DNA of 64,000 nucleotides from Oculina patagonica (GCF_052425735.1 NC_135771.1:8060001-8124000); one strand, 5' to 3'. Numbered from the stretch's first letter, positions 1 to 13,366 are shown. Notes: generated by a model from the letters alone, not told the origin. Program-made: numbers and translations.

Positions 1-471
1 GAGACAGTTTGTCAAGGCGGGACGATTTTTCTCTTCGTTCTGCCCCGAAAAAGTGTCCCTGGGTATCCAAAGGTGATTATTTTCCAAAGGTGCACTATTA
101 CGGATTGGATAGTTTATGTTGCAATCGAGATTTGTGACAAACAAAATATATTTACTTGTTAGCTTGACCTCAAATAAACGCCGGGACTTTGAACAAACGC
201 CCCCGGCGTTTATTTAATAACTAGCAATTTTGACCCGGCATTTATACGAGGCCGGCGTTTAATCGGGGTCCGGCGTTTAATCGAGAAAATACGGTACATG
301 TAGTGCAATATCTAGAGACAGACTGTATGCAAAGTTGTTAACATTTCTTGGTCAATGTTCTAAATTGCACAATGCTAAATGAATTGTTGGTGTGTGCAAA
401 GGCAGACAGCTTTTTCCAAAGCAGCTGACTTTAAACTATCCCTGTTCCCTTTAAAACTACCATAAAATCCT

Positions 472-708
472 GGCCGGGTTGTTCGAAAGACGATTAACGC
501 TAACCCAGGATTAAAAGATGATCAATATTTTCATTTCTCTTGTTTTAAGGGTTTTCCATAGCTAATGTTTTGTTAAGTTTGAGATTGGTCCACGTCAAAA
601 CTGGGGGACAGAAATATTAACAGAAAACCTCAACGAAATGTTATAAAATTGAAATCAAATTTCATGCTGATCCTGGATTAGCTTAATCGTGCTTTGAACA
701 ACTGGGCC
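472..708. mobile_element. Degenerate TIR MITE
   Basis: Imperfect inverted termini ggccgggttgttcgaaag..gattaacgctaacccagg and cctggattagcttaatcgtgctttgaacaactgggcc. Confidence 0.6.
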
Positions 709-732
709 CTGGTTGTAAGTCCTGGGCTTATA

Positions 733-1311
733 CAGGGCTCGAGACTAACTTTTTTGCTAACTAGCCAGGTGGCTAGTGATAGCTTTCATTTCACTAGCCA
801 AAACTTAAACAATGTGAAAACAATGTCCGATAATGACCTTTAATCTTCATGTTTTTTCCCTTAAAAAATTGGGCTTTGTTCTTCACTATAAAAATTGTAC
901 ATGTACATGCGTTTTGTCAACTAGAATTTTGTTTAAAGTTTCACATTCTATAATGTTAACAGTTTTTTTGTTAGTTTTATTCTCTGAGAGACAATTTTTA
1001 TAAATGCGGTTTCTTGCCACTAATGCCTGATTTTTTCACTAGCCATTTTGGCTAGTGAAAGGCCAAAACCTACTAGCCAAAACTGCATTTTTAATAGCCT
1101 TTGGCTACAGTCAACTCTCGTTATAGCGGACACACTCGGGGCGTCGTTTAGTGTCCGTTATAGCGAGAGTCCTTAGTAGCGGGAGTCATTTTCACTCAAA
1201 CTTCTTTTGTCAGGGATCTGGATTTTGTCCGTAATTGCGAGTGTCCGCAATAGCAGGGTGTCCGCAAGGCGAGAGTTAACTGTAGTTGACTACCGTTAGT
1301 CTCGAGCCCTG
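733..1311. mobile_element. hAT-like MITE containing a nested Tc1/mariner-like MITE (1108-1282)
   Basis: Outer TIR cagggctcgagactaac / gttagtctcgagccctg flanked by cttata. Inner element cagtcaactctcg...cgagagttaactg flanked by TA. Confidence 0.75.
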
Positions 1312-1515
1312 CTTATATAACTTCATTGGGGGTTTTAGGTTGGCTTATAACAAGGGAAGATAATATCTGGTGGGGAGGGGGGGAGGATAGTTTATAACCT
1401 TTTTAAAAAAACTCCTATTGTGCAGGATTATTATAAGTGTAGTTATGCAATTGATTTCTTTTATTCAATTGCTTTCTGTCCCATGTTAAAATCACAGACA
1501 GCCCAACATCTTTAC

Positions 1516-4500
1516 CTCCACAGACAACCCAACCAATGCCAGCCTCTTGAGCTTTTTTCATGGCTAAGTCATTGCAAAAGTTTCCAACAACCTATCAAAA
1601 AAGAAAAAAAAGGTTTATTGTGTTGTTCCAGAAAATATTCCTTCCTAACTCCCCACCACTCTGGAAAGTTCAGTTTGGCTTCAAACTTTTTCTCCATCCC
1701 CTTGGAATTTCCAATGACCTTCTGTGGGGTGGGTATAGATTTACTGGAACCACACATAATTTACAAAAAAAATAACGCAATTAATGCAATATGTCAGGCT
1801 CTAAGCCTTACTGGAGGTAAGTCTTGCAGCTTGCAATGAACAAACACAAATGGAGAAAGCTCGTTGATGCTCTATGCACCACTAAACGTCTGAAGGACTG
1901 ACAATCCTTGGTTTTTATGTTACGTCATAAAATTCTGAAATCAAAATTCACTAGGCCTGCTACATGTAAATTTTCATTGTCATTAGGCAAAAGATAAACT
2001 AAAAATATATATTTTTGCAAATTTCCAGATCGATAGTGTCATTCATTTTTAAAACAAAGCATTTTGAATATTTGAGTTTTCCGTCGTATGTGACATGACA
2101 AAGCTGTTTTGTTTAAAAACAGGCCTTTCCTTTCCATTTTGTGCAGATTGAACATTTCAGATATAATAAGTTGTGTTTATGTGAAAGTGTACTAGCTCTT
2201 AAGCCAAGGATAGCCGCTGTTGTAAACAGAATTGAGTTCCAGATGGTTTCTCTGACATCACGGCTGCCATAACTGTGTCCCTCGGAAGGAAAAGGTTATG
2301 GCGTCTCCATACTAAGCTTTATAGATTTGCGTGGAAAGGTTCGGAAAATAACTCGCTAACAGTACACCGCACAGACCCGAAACTTTGAGAAATTGTTTGT
2401 CCATTTATCATCTATAATATTTGAAATTCATAGCTTCTGTAGTTGAATGGTTTCAAATTTTATTTTTTATTGCGTCATCATCATCATCATCAACTTTATT
2501 TATAGAGGGTTAACACATAACAGTAAAAAACTGACAAACCAGTGGCCCTGACAGTGAAAACCAGCAATAGTAATGAACTGGGCACAGCCCGGGGGGGGGG
2601 GGTGGGGGGAGGGGCACTCGGGATTTCAAGTGACGGGGCTGATCGAATGGGGGCAAAAATCAAGACCCAAAAAAGTCCCTAGGGCTTCAAACAAAATCCG
2701 AAAAAAATCCCTGGACCGAAAAACAACCCCCAACCCCCAATCAGTTGATAATAATATTACTGAGGTTCAATACCAATTATTTGTGCTATAGAGAATTACT
2801 TTTCTACTCGTCTCGCGAGAAACAAGACGAGAGGTGGTAACTTACTAGTGAGCAGTACTGTATACAGACATGGCCTGGCGCAAGCTACTGGTGTACATGA
2901 CCGTAACAGCACGATATTCGTGCTTCGGCGAATTGCACGGTTTGTGTGCATAAAAACAATTTAGGCACGGCTTGGGCACAGTTTAGGCACAGTTCATGCA
3001 CAACTTACGCACAGTTCAGCAACGATTTAGGCACGATTTAGGCATGGTTCTGGCACGATTTGGGAACACTGTAGGCACAGAGTATGCACATTTTTTGCCA
3101 GATTTCAATGCATTGTGAATGTACTACAATAACGAACTTAAAGATTTTCTCAGCGCATTTTAATTGATAAAATGTCGAAGACGATAGCGTTAAGAATGCG
3201 TTTCGATTTTTCTTCTTTTTCACTGAATGAAAATTTTTCCTAACACCTTAGAACAGGTTGTGAAAGTGGCAAAAAATAAAGAATGTTTGTACGTGCTATC
3301 AGACTCACGATTGCTTCAATTCATGATCTTGCTAGCGAATATTTCATTGCGTGACAAGCAGCTTGTACTGAATATACAAGCCAACAGGATAGGTACTTGG
3401 TGATTTCCATTTTCCAGACCATTAAAACTTGATATCAGCTGATGGCTTTTTACCTCGTTAACAGCATTGAACTACCATCACAATTTCTGTTACATAATTG
3501 TACATTTAACTGGAAAACTTGTTTTACACAACAACGAAATCGTAGAACTGCATTTGCATGCTAGCTAGACGAGCCCTAGACAAGGTGTCTGTGTTGACAG
3601 ACTTTGTTGACTTAACTTTAATGCAATTACAGACTGGCCAATCAGAAGCTTTGGTTCTCACGGTTGAAAGTATAATCCTTGAGAAGAAAAGTCCGGCTGG
3701 TGTGGTTCATTCTGTTGAAGCAGAGAGGAATATCGCCCTGTTTTCCTTTGGTTCATGATTTATGCAAGCTTTTTAGTTGAGACTTTGAGACTTCTGATTG
3801 CAACAACATTTATTTCAATAGAACAAGCATAACTCATCAGTTTTTACAACATTTAAAAAAGATCAAGTATCGCTCGATATTTGCGCTTCAATTTGACTTC
3901 AGACGGTTTGACCCTTCACTTAACGTATAACTTTTGGCTGCATAAAACAACCAGTTACAAAGAAAGTAATCTTTCATCCTTTCGTAGTGAGCTTTCTTTT
4001 TTCCGTGAAGGATGGGGACATCTACCCGAAATTGCAAGTTGTAGATCTTTAGTAAATAAATAAACTCTAAGGTAAGCAATTGATTTGTATCTTTTGACTT
4101 CTTTCTATGTAGTTTTCTAATCTGATCACTTTTCATTTTATTATAGAAATTTACTTTAAAGTTACACAATGTAAATACAAGCCTTACCTTGTCTTGACAA
4201 CTGAAATTTGATTTCGGGCCAGAACTCTTGTTGAGAAATTTTCTCTTGCACGATTTAGGTTTTGGTACAGTTCAGGCACAGTCTAGGCACGATTCTGATA
4301 CAGTTTAGGCACAGTTTATGCACGGTTTAAGCACGGTTTGGGCACACTTTAGGCACACTTTAGGCACAGTTTGGGCACAGTTTATGCACAGTTTAGGCAC
4401 GGTTTTAGCACGGAAAAGAGCGTTTTTGTGGTTAGGAAACGATGGTCTAACATCGAAAATCTAGTATTATTTTGAAAAGGGATTGTATAATCTCGGCAAA

Positions 4501-6698
4501 GCTATGACTGACAAAAAGTTGATTTTATGTCAATTAGAGATATGGTGTTTTTGAAACACAAAGATAAGTGGATAGAAAGAACAAGCGAGTTTTAGAATGC
4601 ACGTTTCGGTGAAAATGAATACATCATCTTGTGGGTCGCGAAAGTGATCAGGTGAAAAAAAGGTCCTCAGCTTTTTATAAGGTTAGCTTTTTTTCAAGAT
4701 TCAGAATGTACATAGGTTAAAGATTCTCTCTATGAAGTTTTATTACTGTATTCCTTATTAAAGTCGAGAAATCCTAAATGTGCCTATGTTAGACCGTAAA
4801 TGTTACGCGCCATGTCAAAAAAAGCCGTTTTCAACAGTGTTTTTTTAATTATTTTTCGTCAAGATACACTTTAAAAAGAAAATAAGTCTTCCAGAAGAAA
4901 TTTCTTTGACAGTTTAAAGTTGTGTTCAAATCTTAACAAAATCTCAATTTGGACAGCTTAACTACAGCATTTTAAAGTCAAATTTACAGCACTGATCACC
5001 AGTAGCGTGCGCCAGGCCACATGTACTTACTGGTCCTAGAAGATTGTTTCCTTTTACAAGTGCAGTGGCGCTGGTTTCATTAACAACTTCAGGTTTGCCA
5101 TCTAGAGCTGTGGTACCCACTTCAATATCATGGACATACATCTCTAATGTCAACAAAAAGAAACATGCGAACATAAATAATTAACATATTAATTTAATAG
5201 GCCTTATGCGTGATAACGTCATAAGCTCAAATTTCACCACCAAGCCTCGTTTACGGAAATTATTCGCAACCTTGCGTCACCTTCATGCAGTTTTCACGTG
5301 GGTATTCTTTTCATCTTTGCTGCTTTGGGAATTCGTTTATGATAATATTTACAAGTTTGCACTTTGAAAGCGAGGCTTGGTGGTGAAACTAGCAAGGTTG
5401 ACATAAACATGCATAAGGGCTATTGGCAGCTAAATTTGAATGGAGTTATGATGCAAAAGGTTTCCCCTTTCTGTCCCATAAAAAAACAAGAACCCCTTCA
5501 ACCGCTGGGAGGCCCACACCCTTGGTGCTCATGGGCTGTTTTACAGATACAGCGACCATATTGATTTTGCCCCCAGGGCATCTTATAATGCTTATTGAAA
5601 TGATTTATTCTTTTATTTTGATAATTCTGCAATTACAAAAATAAAAGAAAAAAATACATATTATAGGCTGCTCTGGGGGGGGGGATCAATATCTGTAATA
5701 TGGCCTATACCCGGGGGGGGGGGGTACTCAAAAAAGATTTGTACGGGGAGGCTCTGCCCCGAGCTCTAACCCCTTACCCTTTTATATACCATTTTTGACA
5801 GAAATTGTACCCCTTTCGTATACCTTTCACTTAAAAAAGGTACCCCTTTCATATACCTGAAAGACATGGCATAGACTTAGATCAAGACGTTTTCTTGTCA
5901 TTTTCATGTAGCGCTTAATAAATTGAAATATTACAGCCATGAATTAGCTTGAACTGCATCTGTTCAAAATTTTTTAATTAAAGGCCCTTTGAAAAACCTA
6001 AATATCAGATTTCTATACCCTTTCATATACCTAATATTGTGAAATCCCTACCCTTTTATATACCTGAAGCCTGAAAAAGGTACCCCTTTCGGGCGGAGTC
6101 TCCCCGTATAGGCCATTATAGGGAGTACCCCCCCGGGGGCCTATATGGCCTATGTTATCAGGTCACCATTTTATTAAATTCCTTGGAACCTGCAAAGAAC
6201 ATGTCAGCCTCCAAAATAGAGCGACTTTGTCCATAAAAGTTTGACGTTTCTTTGTTATTCAGGTCCCAGGCGTGGCTTCTTCTTTCTACGAGGCCATTGG
6301 TTGCAAAAACCACAAATTATAATGAGAATTAGCTTCACTAATAATAATTCTGCAACCCTAGCTCTTAACCGCTTCTAATCTCATTTCTTATGATCGAAGC
6401 CCTTTAGTCTCCATTTGCTTGTGGCTCCATAAATCTCATTAGTGCAGAACTCACCTAATCTATTGAGCCCATGGCTAAAATGTCCTCTGATATCGCCTGC
6501 AACAAGAACCTGAGCTAGAGCTTTGCAATGTTGAACAGGAGTTCCTACAGCCGTCATACATCGCTGTACAAAGGCTTCCACGTCATCCACAGCAACGCAT
6601 TTATGCTGGTCAAAGCAACTTCTACTCGTATGCAAAGAGCGAATTTTTCCAGCAAGACGGCTGCACAAGAATTGAGCCCTGCTCGACAACCCCGCCAT
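1516..6698 (-). CDS. Ldh_2-family (malate/L-lactate/sulfolactate dehydrogenase-like, YjmC-type) oxidoreductase, paralog A; exons 1-3 only, gene continues off the left edge
   Basis: Exons 6698-6455 (MAGLSSRAQ...VLVAGDIRGHFSHGLNRL), 5143-5031 (EMYVHDIEVG...VKGNNLLGP), 1591-1516 (VVGNFCNDLAMKKAQEAGIGWVVCG). All introns GT-AG and in frame. The D-x-RGHxSHG and GNNLLGP motifs are typical of Ldh_2. Exon 2 and 3 lengths (113, 76 nt) equal those of paralog B. Confidence 0.9.
2945..4412. repeat. Repeat element with two blocks of 11-bp minisatellite (tttaggcacag)
   Basis: Tandem tttaggcacag/ttgggcacag units at about 2960-3090 and 4250-4410, in the same orientation, in intron 2 of paralog A. Confidence 0.65.
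5710..6137. mobile_element. MITE with 8-bp TSD
   Basis: Termini cccggggg...gtactc / gagtacccccccggg; TSD GGCCTATA at 5702-5709 and 6138-6145. Confidence 0.8.
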
Positions 6699-7031
6699 CT
6701 TGGAAATCGTAAATGCAAGGTGGGGGAGATGGGACGGGGAAGCTTGCTCAACATCACGTGACGTCTGTATATAAACAAAGAGCCCTTTGAACTATCTCGT
6801 GTAACCGCGAAAGTTACTTTTATTTACTGCTTTCTCGTTCCAAACAAACCTTGAGATTTGATTATTCGATGACCCATCAGGAACCTAGAAAGCCGTTGCA
6901 TATTCAGGTCGTATAGCCGTCGTTTATTAAAAACTAGCAATGATATATTGCAATTCCCGAGTTTTGATTGGCTAACAGGCAATGGCATATGAGCTCATAT
7001 ACCATTCACCACAAATATGGTAGCCGATACG

Positions 7032-7275
7032 TAGACTGTCCACAGCCTCTCGATTTTTCAACGCAAAAAAGCAAGCGAAGTGAGCGCGAAGCGCGAGCGC
7101 GCGGGGGGAGGGGAGCGGGAAGCGAGCGAAGCGAGCGAAGGAAAAACATTTTCGCTCCCCGCCCCCCACCCCGTTGCTTTTTCCGTTTTGCGCTGGCGTC
7201 CAGTTCTCTCGCCGTTCTCACCGCGCGCTCATCGATCGAAAAAACACGAAAAAATAGAGGGCTGTGGACAGTCTA
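7032..7275. mobile_element. MITE with TAG termini and 9-bp TSD (possibly AcademH-type)
   Basis: TIR tagactgtccacagcc / ggctgtggacagtcta; direct repeat GCCGATACG at 7023-7031 and 7276-7284. Confidence 0.8.
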
Positions 7276-7549
7276 GCCGATACGTGTCAACAAAAACAGC
7301 TGGAGAGCTCAAATATTGCAATTCTTTGGGCGTTATTCCACTCGCACTTGTTGGATATGCGATCGCTATAGCCAACTCATATCCAACGCGCGCTCGTGGA
7401 ATAATTCTTTAATATCTTGGCCAACGAGTTTCAACTTTCATTCAGCTCAATACAAAAAAATAAAAATAAATAAATTACTTTTATTTACACACGGTAAGGA
7501 TTAAGAGGAAATCCGCCAGGACTTCGAGTAGTTATTGGACAAAATTATG

Positions 7550-7985
7550 TACCAAAACTATTTACACCTGATTGCAAGCTTTTGTGTTACTGTTTCAAAT
7601 ATCTTATCGAAAGAAATCTTTTCTAACAACACCAAACATCGAAAACAAACTTCGAAGTTCCACTGAATTCCCATGAATCGTTTAAAAGATGTGAGCTTTT
7701 GCCCATAGCTTGTGAACTTTGAATATCATTTTCTCAGACTCTGATAAGAAATTGTTGTACCAGAATTATTTCCACCTTATTGCAAGCTTTTGTGTTACTG
7801 CTTCAAATATCTTATCAAAAGAAATCTTTTCTAACAACACCAAACATCGAAAACAAACTTCGAAGTTCCACTGAATTCCACTGAATCGCTTAAGACGAAT
7901 TTCCAAAATGGCTACACGTGAGATTTTGCCTATACCTTGTGAACTTTGAAATTCATTTTCTCAGACTCTGATAAGAAATTGTTGT
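7550..7985 (+). repeat. Local tandem duplication of ~210-230 bp
   Basis: gtacca..attgcaagcttttgtgttactg...ctcagactctgataagaaattgtt occurs at about 7550-7756 and 7757-7985. Confidence 0.85.
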
Positions 7986-8141
7986 TGGTGTTATCACGGA
8001 TAATTACTTACATCTTTACCTTTTATTAAGGGTAGGAAATAACGGAATAGGATTTATATTGTTCTGGTACTTGATTTTTGTCCAACTTTATTAAATATTA
8101 CTCGACTTCCTAGTGGATTCCGTCTTAAAGCTATAAGCTTG

Positions 8142-8338
8142 TGGGGCCGTGTATTCCCGATCGAATTGGAATTTGGAAGTGTTGGTTTTTGTGGAGGGAG
8201 GAAAGCCGGAGAACCCGGAGAAAAACCCTCGGAGCAAGGACGAGAACCAACAACAAACTCAACCCACATATGGCACCGGGCAGGAATCGAACCCGGGTCA
8301 CATTGGTGGGAGGTGAGCCATCATGCTCCCTGCTCCCC
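8142..8338 (-). mobile_element. tRNA-derived SINE (family 1)
   Basis: Minus-strand head ggggagcaggga...cctcccaccaatgtgacccgggttcgattcc (B box); homologous to copies at about 45935 and 59695. Confidence 0.8.
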
Positions 8339-8711
8339 AATACGGGCAGGGAAGCGTGGTGTTTCAAAGATAATAGAAGAAAACTAGTTGTTTCCCTTCT
8401 GATTAACTTTTTAGATGAGAAAGTGGAAATTTAAGTCGAAGTAGAACATATTAAAACATACTTCCCATTTTCTACGTGCGACCGGTCGGACCAACTGGAA
8501 CCGACCGTCGTAAAAACATAGTGGAACGGTCCTTTCCATTTTGCGTTCCTTTCTCCAGTTCCCCGCATCTGTGAGAAGCTACTGACAAAGAAGAAATAAA
8601 ATGGAACGGTAGCTATAGATTTCGGTCCGACCAGTCAAAGTGTACCACCTCCAGAGGAGGTCCCGAATATTGGTCAATAGTTGGTTTTTCTCTTCCACAG
8701 AATTATCCACC

Positions 8712-10925
8712 ATGAATTGTGTTGTCACTCTTGGAATGCTCGTCTGCGCTGTTGTCTTAACAGGTAAGAGCTTGAACCAGTTCGGGGGTGGAAGAGGAAT
8801 AATGAATAATGAATAACGGGCTAAAACAGAAAATGAATAAGGAATAATTAAGGTTCAATGATTGGAATAATGAATAAGTCATTTCTAGTGAAGGAATAAT
8901 GAATAGTGGTTATTCAACCTGCTCAAACATTATCTTTTATCTTCAGGCCAAAAAGAGGGTGGGACACTCAAAATAATTAATTGCATGATGGGCATCCAAA
9001 ATAGTGCAACACTTCTACCAGAATGCCTAAAATAGCGTTTCTGGGGTTCAAAAAATGAAAATTTTCCCGGGGGAGCATGCCCCCGGACCCCCCTACTTTG
9101 TCATGGATCAGGCAGCATCAAGTCCATCCCACTAACTATCTCTTTGCAAACAATTAAAGCTGACCCACAGTTATCGACACCGTGACGATCACGTCCCATT
9201 AATACACTACAGTATTTTTGTTATCACTTTAAACTGCAATTTTGTCTGATATTCGAAATTTAGCTTAATACGTTGTCATTTTTGGGGGGGAGGGGGTAAT
9301 ATAAAAATATTAGGATTCACGAAGGGGGCAGGGTAAAAATATCTGATAACGAAGGAGGGCAAACGCATTTTTCAGGCACTGTCGATCAAATTCCACCCCC
9401 ATCCCATACAAAATGAAGGTTTACGTTATTTAGGCAATAGGGAATAATGAATAACAAGAAAAGTCTGAAAATGAATAATGAATAAGTCGTGAAAAATGTG
9501 AAGGAATAATGAATAAGTCACTTCCAATAATTCCTCTTCCACCCCCGACGATGTGGAACCACAGAACTAAGACAAAACGATTCGGAAAACTTTTAACGTA
9601 ATAGTAAATATATTTTCTGGTAATAATACAACTGACTGTCCATTGCCTAATTTAGATGAATTTTGCACCTACAAAGAAACCATGGGAAGTATCATTAGAG
9701 AATCCTCATCTGCTTACATTGAGCTTTGACACAGTCTCACAACATTGTGTTCTATGAATTTTGCGAACTTGAAAAACACTACAAGATTTAATCCATTTCT
9801 AATGGCGATAAAAGCTGCAAAAACCTGTAAGCTTTATTTCTGTTGATAAAATGAAGTTTTATTGAAGACTGATGCACGTTTCGTTCAGGATGTTCTGCGC
9901 GCTCTAATAATAATGTAACTTACAAAAACTTTACCAACGAACTAAAATAGGGTGTCTGCTTCAATAAAAATAAACCATGCCTTCTCAATGCAAAACCCCA
10001 GAAATTGCTGTTCCAACATACCAATATATACTCGAACGCACTTTTTAATCTATGATTACTGCTAGTAGTAATTATAAATATATTTTCTGGTAATAATACA
10101 ACTGACTGTACTGTTTGTTTTGTACGAGACGTTTTTATTTCTTATACAATTACCTGATATTAAAAGTTGCTTTTAATATTAGCCTTGACATTGGTAGTCA
10201 AGAGAGTTCGCTACCATACAGAACATATTATATAAAGATACTAAGCCTACTGTACCATAGCCTGTATAAAAATAAACATGCGGAAAAGTACTTAAACAAA
10301 ATGAGCTCTACTCGAAAGGGAGCTACTTTGTCACAGAGATTTTGCAGATTTTTGGTCAAAACTGTTCTGAAATTAGTGGTAGGCGACGGAAGATATAACC
10401 TTAATTTGCGGATAGAAATTAACCTACGGTTATAAATATCGGTGTTTTTTTTTGTTGACGCGGGAAATCAACTTGAAAACGTTAGCCTAACTTTTTCAAG
10501 TTGCAATCCGTTTCCATCTGAGCCATCCACAGCCAAAGATGCTCGTTAACTGTTTCAAGTAATAAAGCAATTTTTAATAAAAATGGACTATTATTTTTAG
10601 GTTTCCTGCGATATAAATATAAATTGTGGCTGTTCAAAACTCTGGTAAGATCCCTAACATAGTCTCTTTATTGCTTATTTGTATCCATATATCTTAGATG
10701 CTTTCCAGCCTGGCCCTGTTGGTGTGGCACTGAAAGGCGACAATTGGCAAATACCTTTATTGCAGTAAGCGTAATTAATGGAGTGAACTTCGTGTTAGTG
10801 GCAGGTAACAGCAAGATCTTTACAACAAGATTCCGTGCCACAGAGAGCAATAGAAAACTGTTGCTGCATGCAGATGACGGATAATATCTGAGCAGAGTAC
10901 ACCGTGACGGTAAAGACGTTATCGT
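8712..10925 (+). pseudogene. Diverged pseudogene of the secreted beta-trefoil family
   Basis: Exon 1 8712-8763 (MNCVVTLGMLVCAVVLT, GT donor). Exon 2 remnant from 10698: DAFQPGPVGVALKGDN, then a +1 frameshift, then ...RATESNRKLLLHADDG*YLSRVHRDG with TAA at 10882-10884. Truncated at about 10925. Confidence 0.88.
8782..9548. mobile_element. TIR MITE in the pseudogene intron
   Basis: TIR tcgggggtggaagaggaat / attcctcttccacccccga with subterminal aataatgaata repeats. Confidence 0.8.
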
Positions 10926-11932
10926 CTTCGAGGTTAGATTAACGATTGCGTTAATACCCCAAAGAGCTTACCGTGGAGGGTAGGATAGGGCATTTACTAT
11001 GGAAACCTCCCCTCCCCCCCTCCCCCACCACCACCCTCTCGGGTGAGATATTCAAGCTAAGATCGTTCTTTCTTAATGCAAAGGAAACCATTTAACCGGG
11101 AACAACCATCTCTCATTGTGTATTTTTATCTCGTGTAACCCTGAATGTCACAAATTCTTTTATCTTAACTCGGTTTTCTTCACAGATCTGGGGAGGTTTC
11201 TTTGGTGTTTAACGAATTCGTCAACTTCGTTTTCGTGTAGGCAGCCTAAACTTCGAACAATATATATCATGCGAATCAATCGAGAACCAAATAATCAGTA
11301 GACTTGTAAGCAATGTCAGAAGGTGTTAACGAAAAGGGTGTTAACAGTTGAGAAGCTAAATAAAAAGTCAGTAGGTCTACCCAAACAGGTAAAGCTCGGC
11401 CGTTGGGTCAAACGTCGAACATAATTCTTCGAACCGACCGTCGAACCAAATTCAGAGAAGCAAGAACAAATATTTCGAGGCGAAAAATACATTAACATAC
11501 AAATTGAAAATTTATTAAGTTCGTTTCATGAAAAGATCGACGTTTGTCCCAAACTCGATCTTCACAAGTTCTATCCGTCTGACGGATAGAACGTGTTGGT
11601 CGATCTTAATTCAGTCGGACGAACTCAACTGAGTCAAACGCCGAACTTATCATGAACTAATTTCGCCCAGTTTAGTTCGTTTCATGTGAAGTTCGACGTT
11701 AGGCCTGGGCCTAACTGATCTAGAAAATTGAGTCTTCATTGCCTTACCAAACAGCGACATTAAATACAAGGCGTTACAGTGAAACCTCGATTTAACGAAG
11801 TGACAAGGGACTGGGGAAATTGTTCGTTATGTCGAGATATAGTTAATAATTGTTTTTCACGTTGTTAGGTTGCACTACCCATTTACTGATCTGAACGACT
11901 GTCAAAAATGACATTTGTGCTTTAATGTCTAA

Positions 11933-12475
11933 GGGCCTGTTTACAAGCAGGTAGGGTAACCCTAGGTGCTAGGGTTACCCTAGCAAGAGGGTTAGAAGAT
12001 AGCCCGGGTTTACAAGCAAAATTCGCAGGTAGGGTAACCCTACTTACCCGGGTCAACTTACACCGGTTACGCTTCAGTTAGCCTTGTAAAATTTTGTCGT
12101 TAGAAACTGTTATTCGAAAATAATTCCGTTCCAGTGCAAAAATACGACAAATTGTGAATGAACACGATGTTTCTTCGTCACAATTCGCTGTTTTTGTCGG
12201 TATTTTTAAACATATTTAGCTTTTTGGAGCCAAAATAAAGTTGTCCCGGGTAGGCGAGTTATCCCTAGCAGAGCGTTTACAAGGCGCTAGGGTTACCCTA
12301 GCTGCTAGGGGGGTAACCCTAGCACTCAGCTAGGGTTACCCTAGGTGCTAGGGTAACCCTAGCGCCTTGTAAACACGTCGATGAAAAAAAGAAGAAATGT
12401 GGGAGCGGTAGGTTAACCCTAGGTGCTAGGGTAACCCTATGTGCTAGGGTTACCCGCCTGCTTGTAAACAGGCCC
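11933..12475. mobile_element. PIF/Harbinger-type MITE rich in palindromic TAGGGT(A/T)ACCCTA motifs
   Basis: 19-bp TIR gggcctgtttacaagcagg / cctgcttgtaaacaggccc; TAA TSD at 11930-11932 and 12476-12478. Confidence 0.85.
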
Positions 12476-12923
12476 TAATATCAACATAGATATGGACATA
12501 TAATGTCTTGAAGTTGTTCTCCTGTTACAGGATTAAAGTATTTCCACCTATTTCCATTCTTGTTGGTCTATTCTACATCCATCTTTTGTCGCGAGTTAAC
12601 TATAATTCGTTAAATCGAGGTATATTTTACGTCTGGGCTTCCGGATTGTGTTCGCTATAACGAGGATTTCTAGGGATTTACTTGAGCTAGAGATGTTTCT
12701 ATACGGACGAAGAGTTTATAATGCAACTGTCACTCAAAAAAGTTACATTTCTGTAGCGAAGACGAATTTCTCGTGCATTAGTCTTTAACAGAAAAGATGG
12801 AGAAAGGTTATGTTTTATGCCGGGCCTCATTCATTTACTTTACAGAAATATTCACAAAGAGTGGTATTCTATTATGCCCGATTGCTTCAAAAGAAAAGTC
12901 ATTAATCGAAATTATTAAAACTT

Positions 12924-13264
12924 ATGAATGAATGAATGATATAGGTGCTATATAGCGCATTTACAAAGCTCAATGCGCTTCACAATTAGATTTTGGGATG
13001 AGATCGGACATCAGCATATAAGGCGCCTATGGCAGCCGCTATCCGTCCATGTGTATGATCTCACCCCACCACCCAACCCATGGATAGAACAGACCACAAC
13101 ACCGGGAACTTCAGCCCTACTCTTTGCGATGAGTGTGTGGGTTCTTTAACGTCCCCTGCTGATTATAACACTGAAGATGCAGGAGACGGGGCCACGGTTT
13201 ATCGTCCTTATCCGAGAAGACAGAATGTCTAACCATTTGCAGGTGTAATTACAAAGGCAGCACA

Positions 13265-13305
<41 letters not shown>

Positions 13306-13366
13306 TGGGAGTCGAACCCGAGACCTCCCGCACGACAGTCCGGCGCTCTACCACTGAGCTAACCGG
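12924..13366 (-). mobile_element. tRNA-derived SINE (family 2), apparently full length
   Basis: Minus-strand head ccggttagctcagtggtagagcgccggactgtcgtgcgggaggtctcgggttcgactccc (A and B boxes), ~350-bp body, (ATTC)n tail. Confidence 0.85.

Noticed and set aside
1420-1839. 139-aa plus-strand ORF
   Set aside because: Non-ATG start, antisense to the genuine exon 1591-1516, no recognisable domain.
11950-12455. Interstitial telomere
   Set aside because: No tandem (TTAGGG)n run; the motifs are palindromic units inside a TIR/TSD-bounded MITE.
13295-13366. Functional tRNA-Asp gene
   Set aside because: It is contiguous with a SINE body and (ATTC)n tail and the stems pair poorly, so it is treated as a SINE head.
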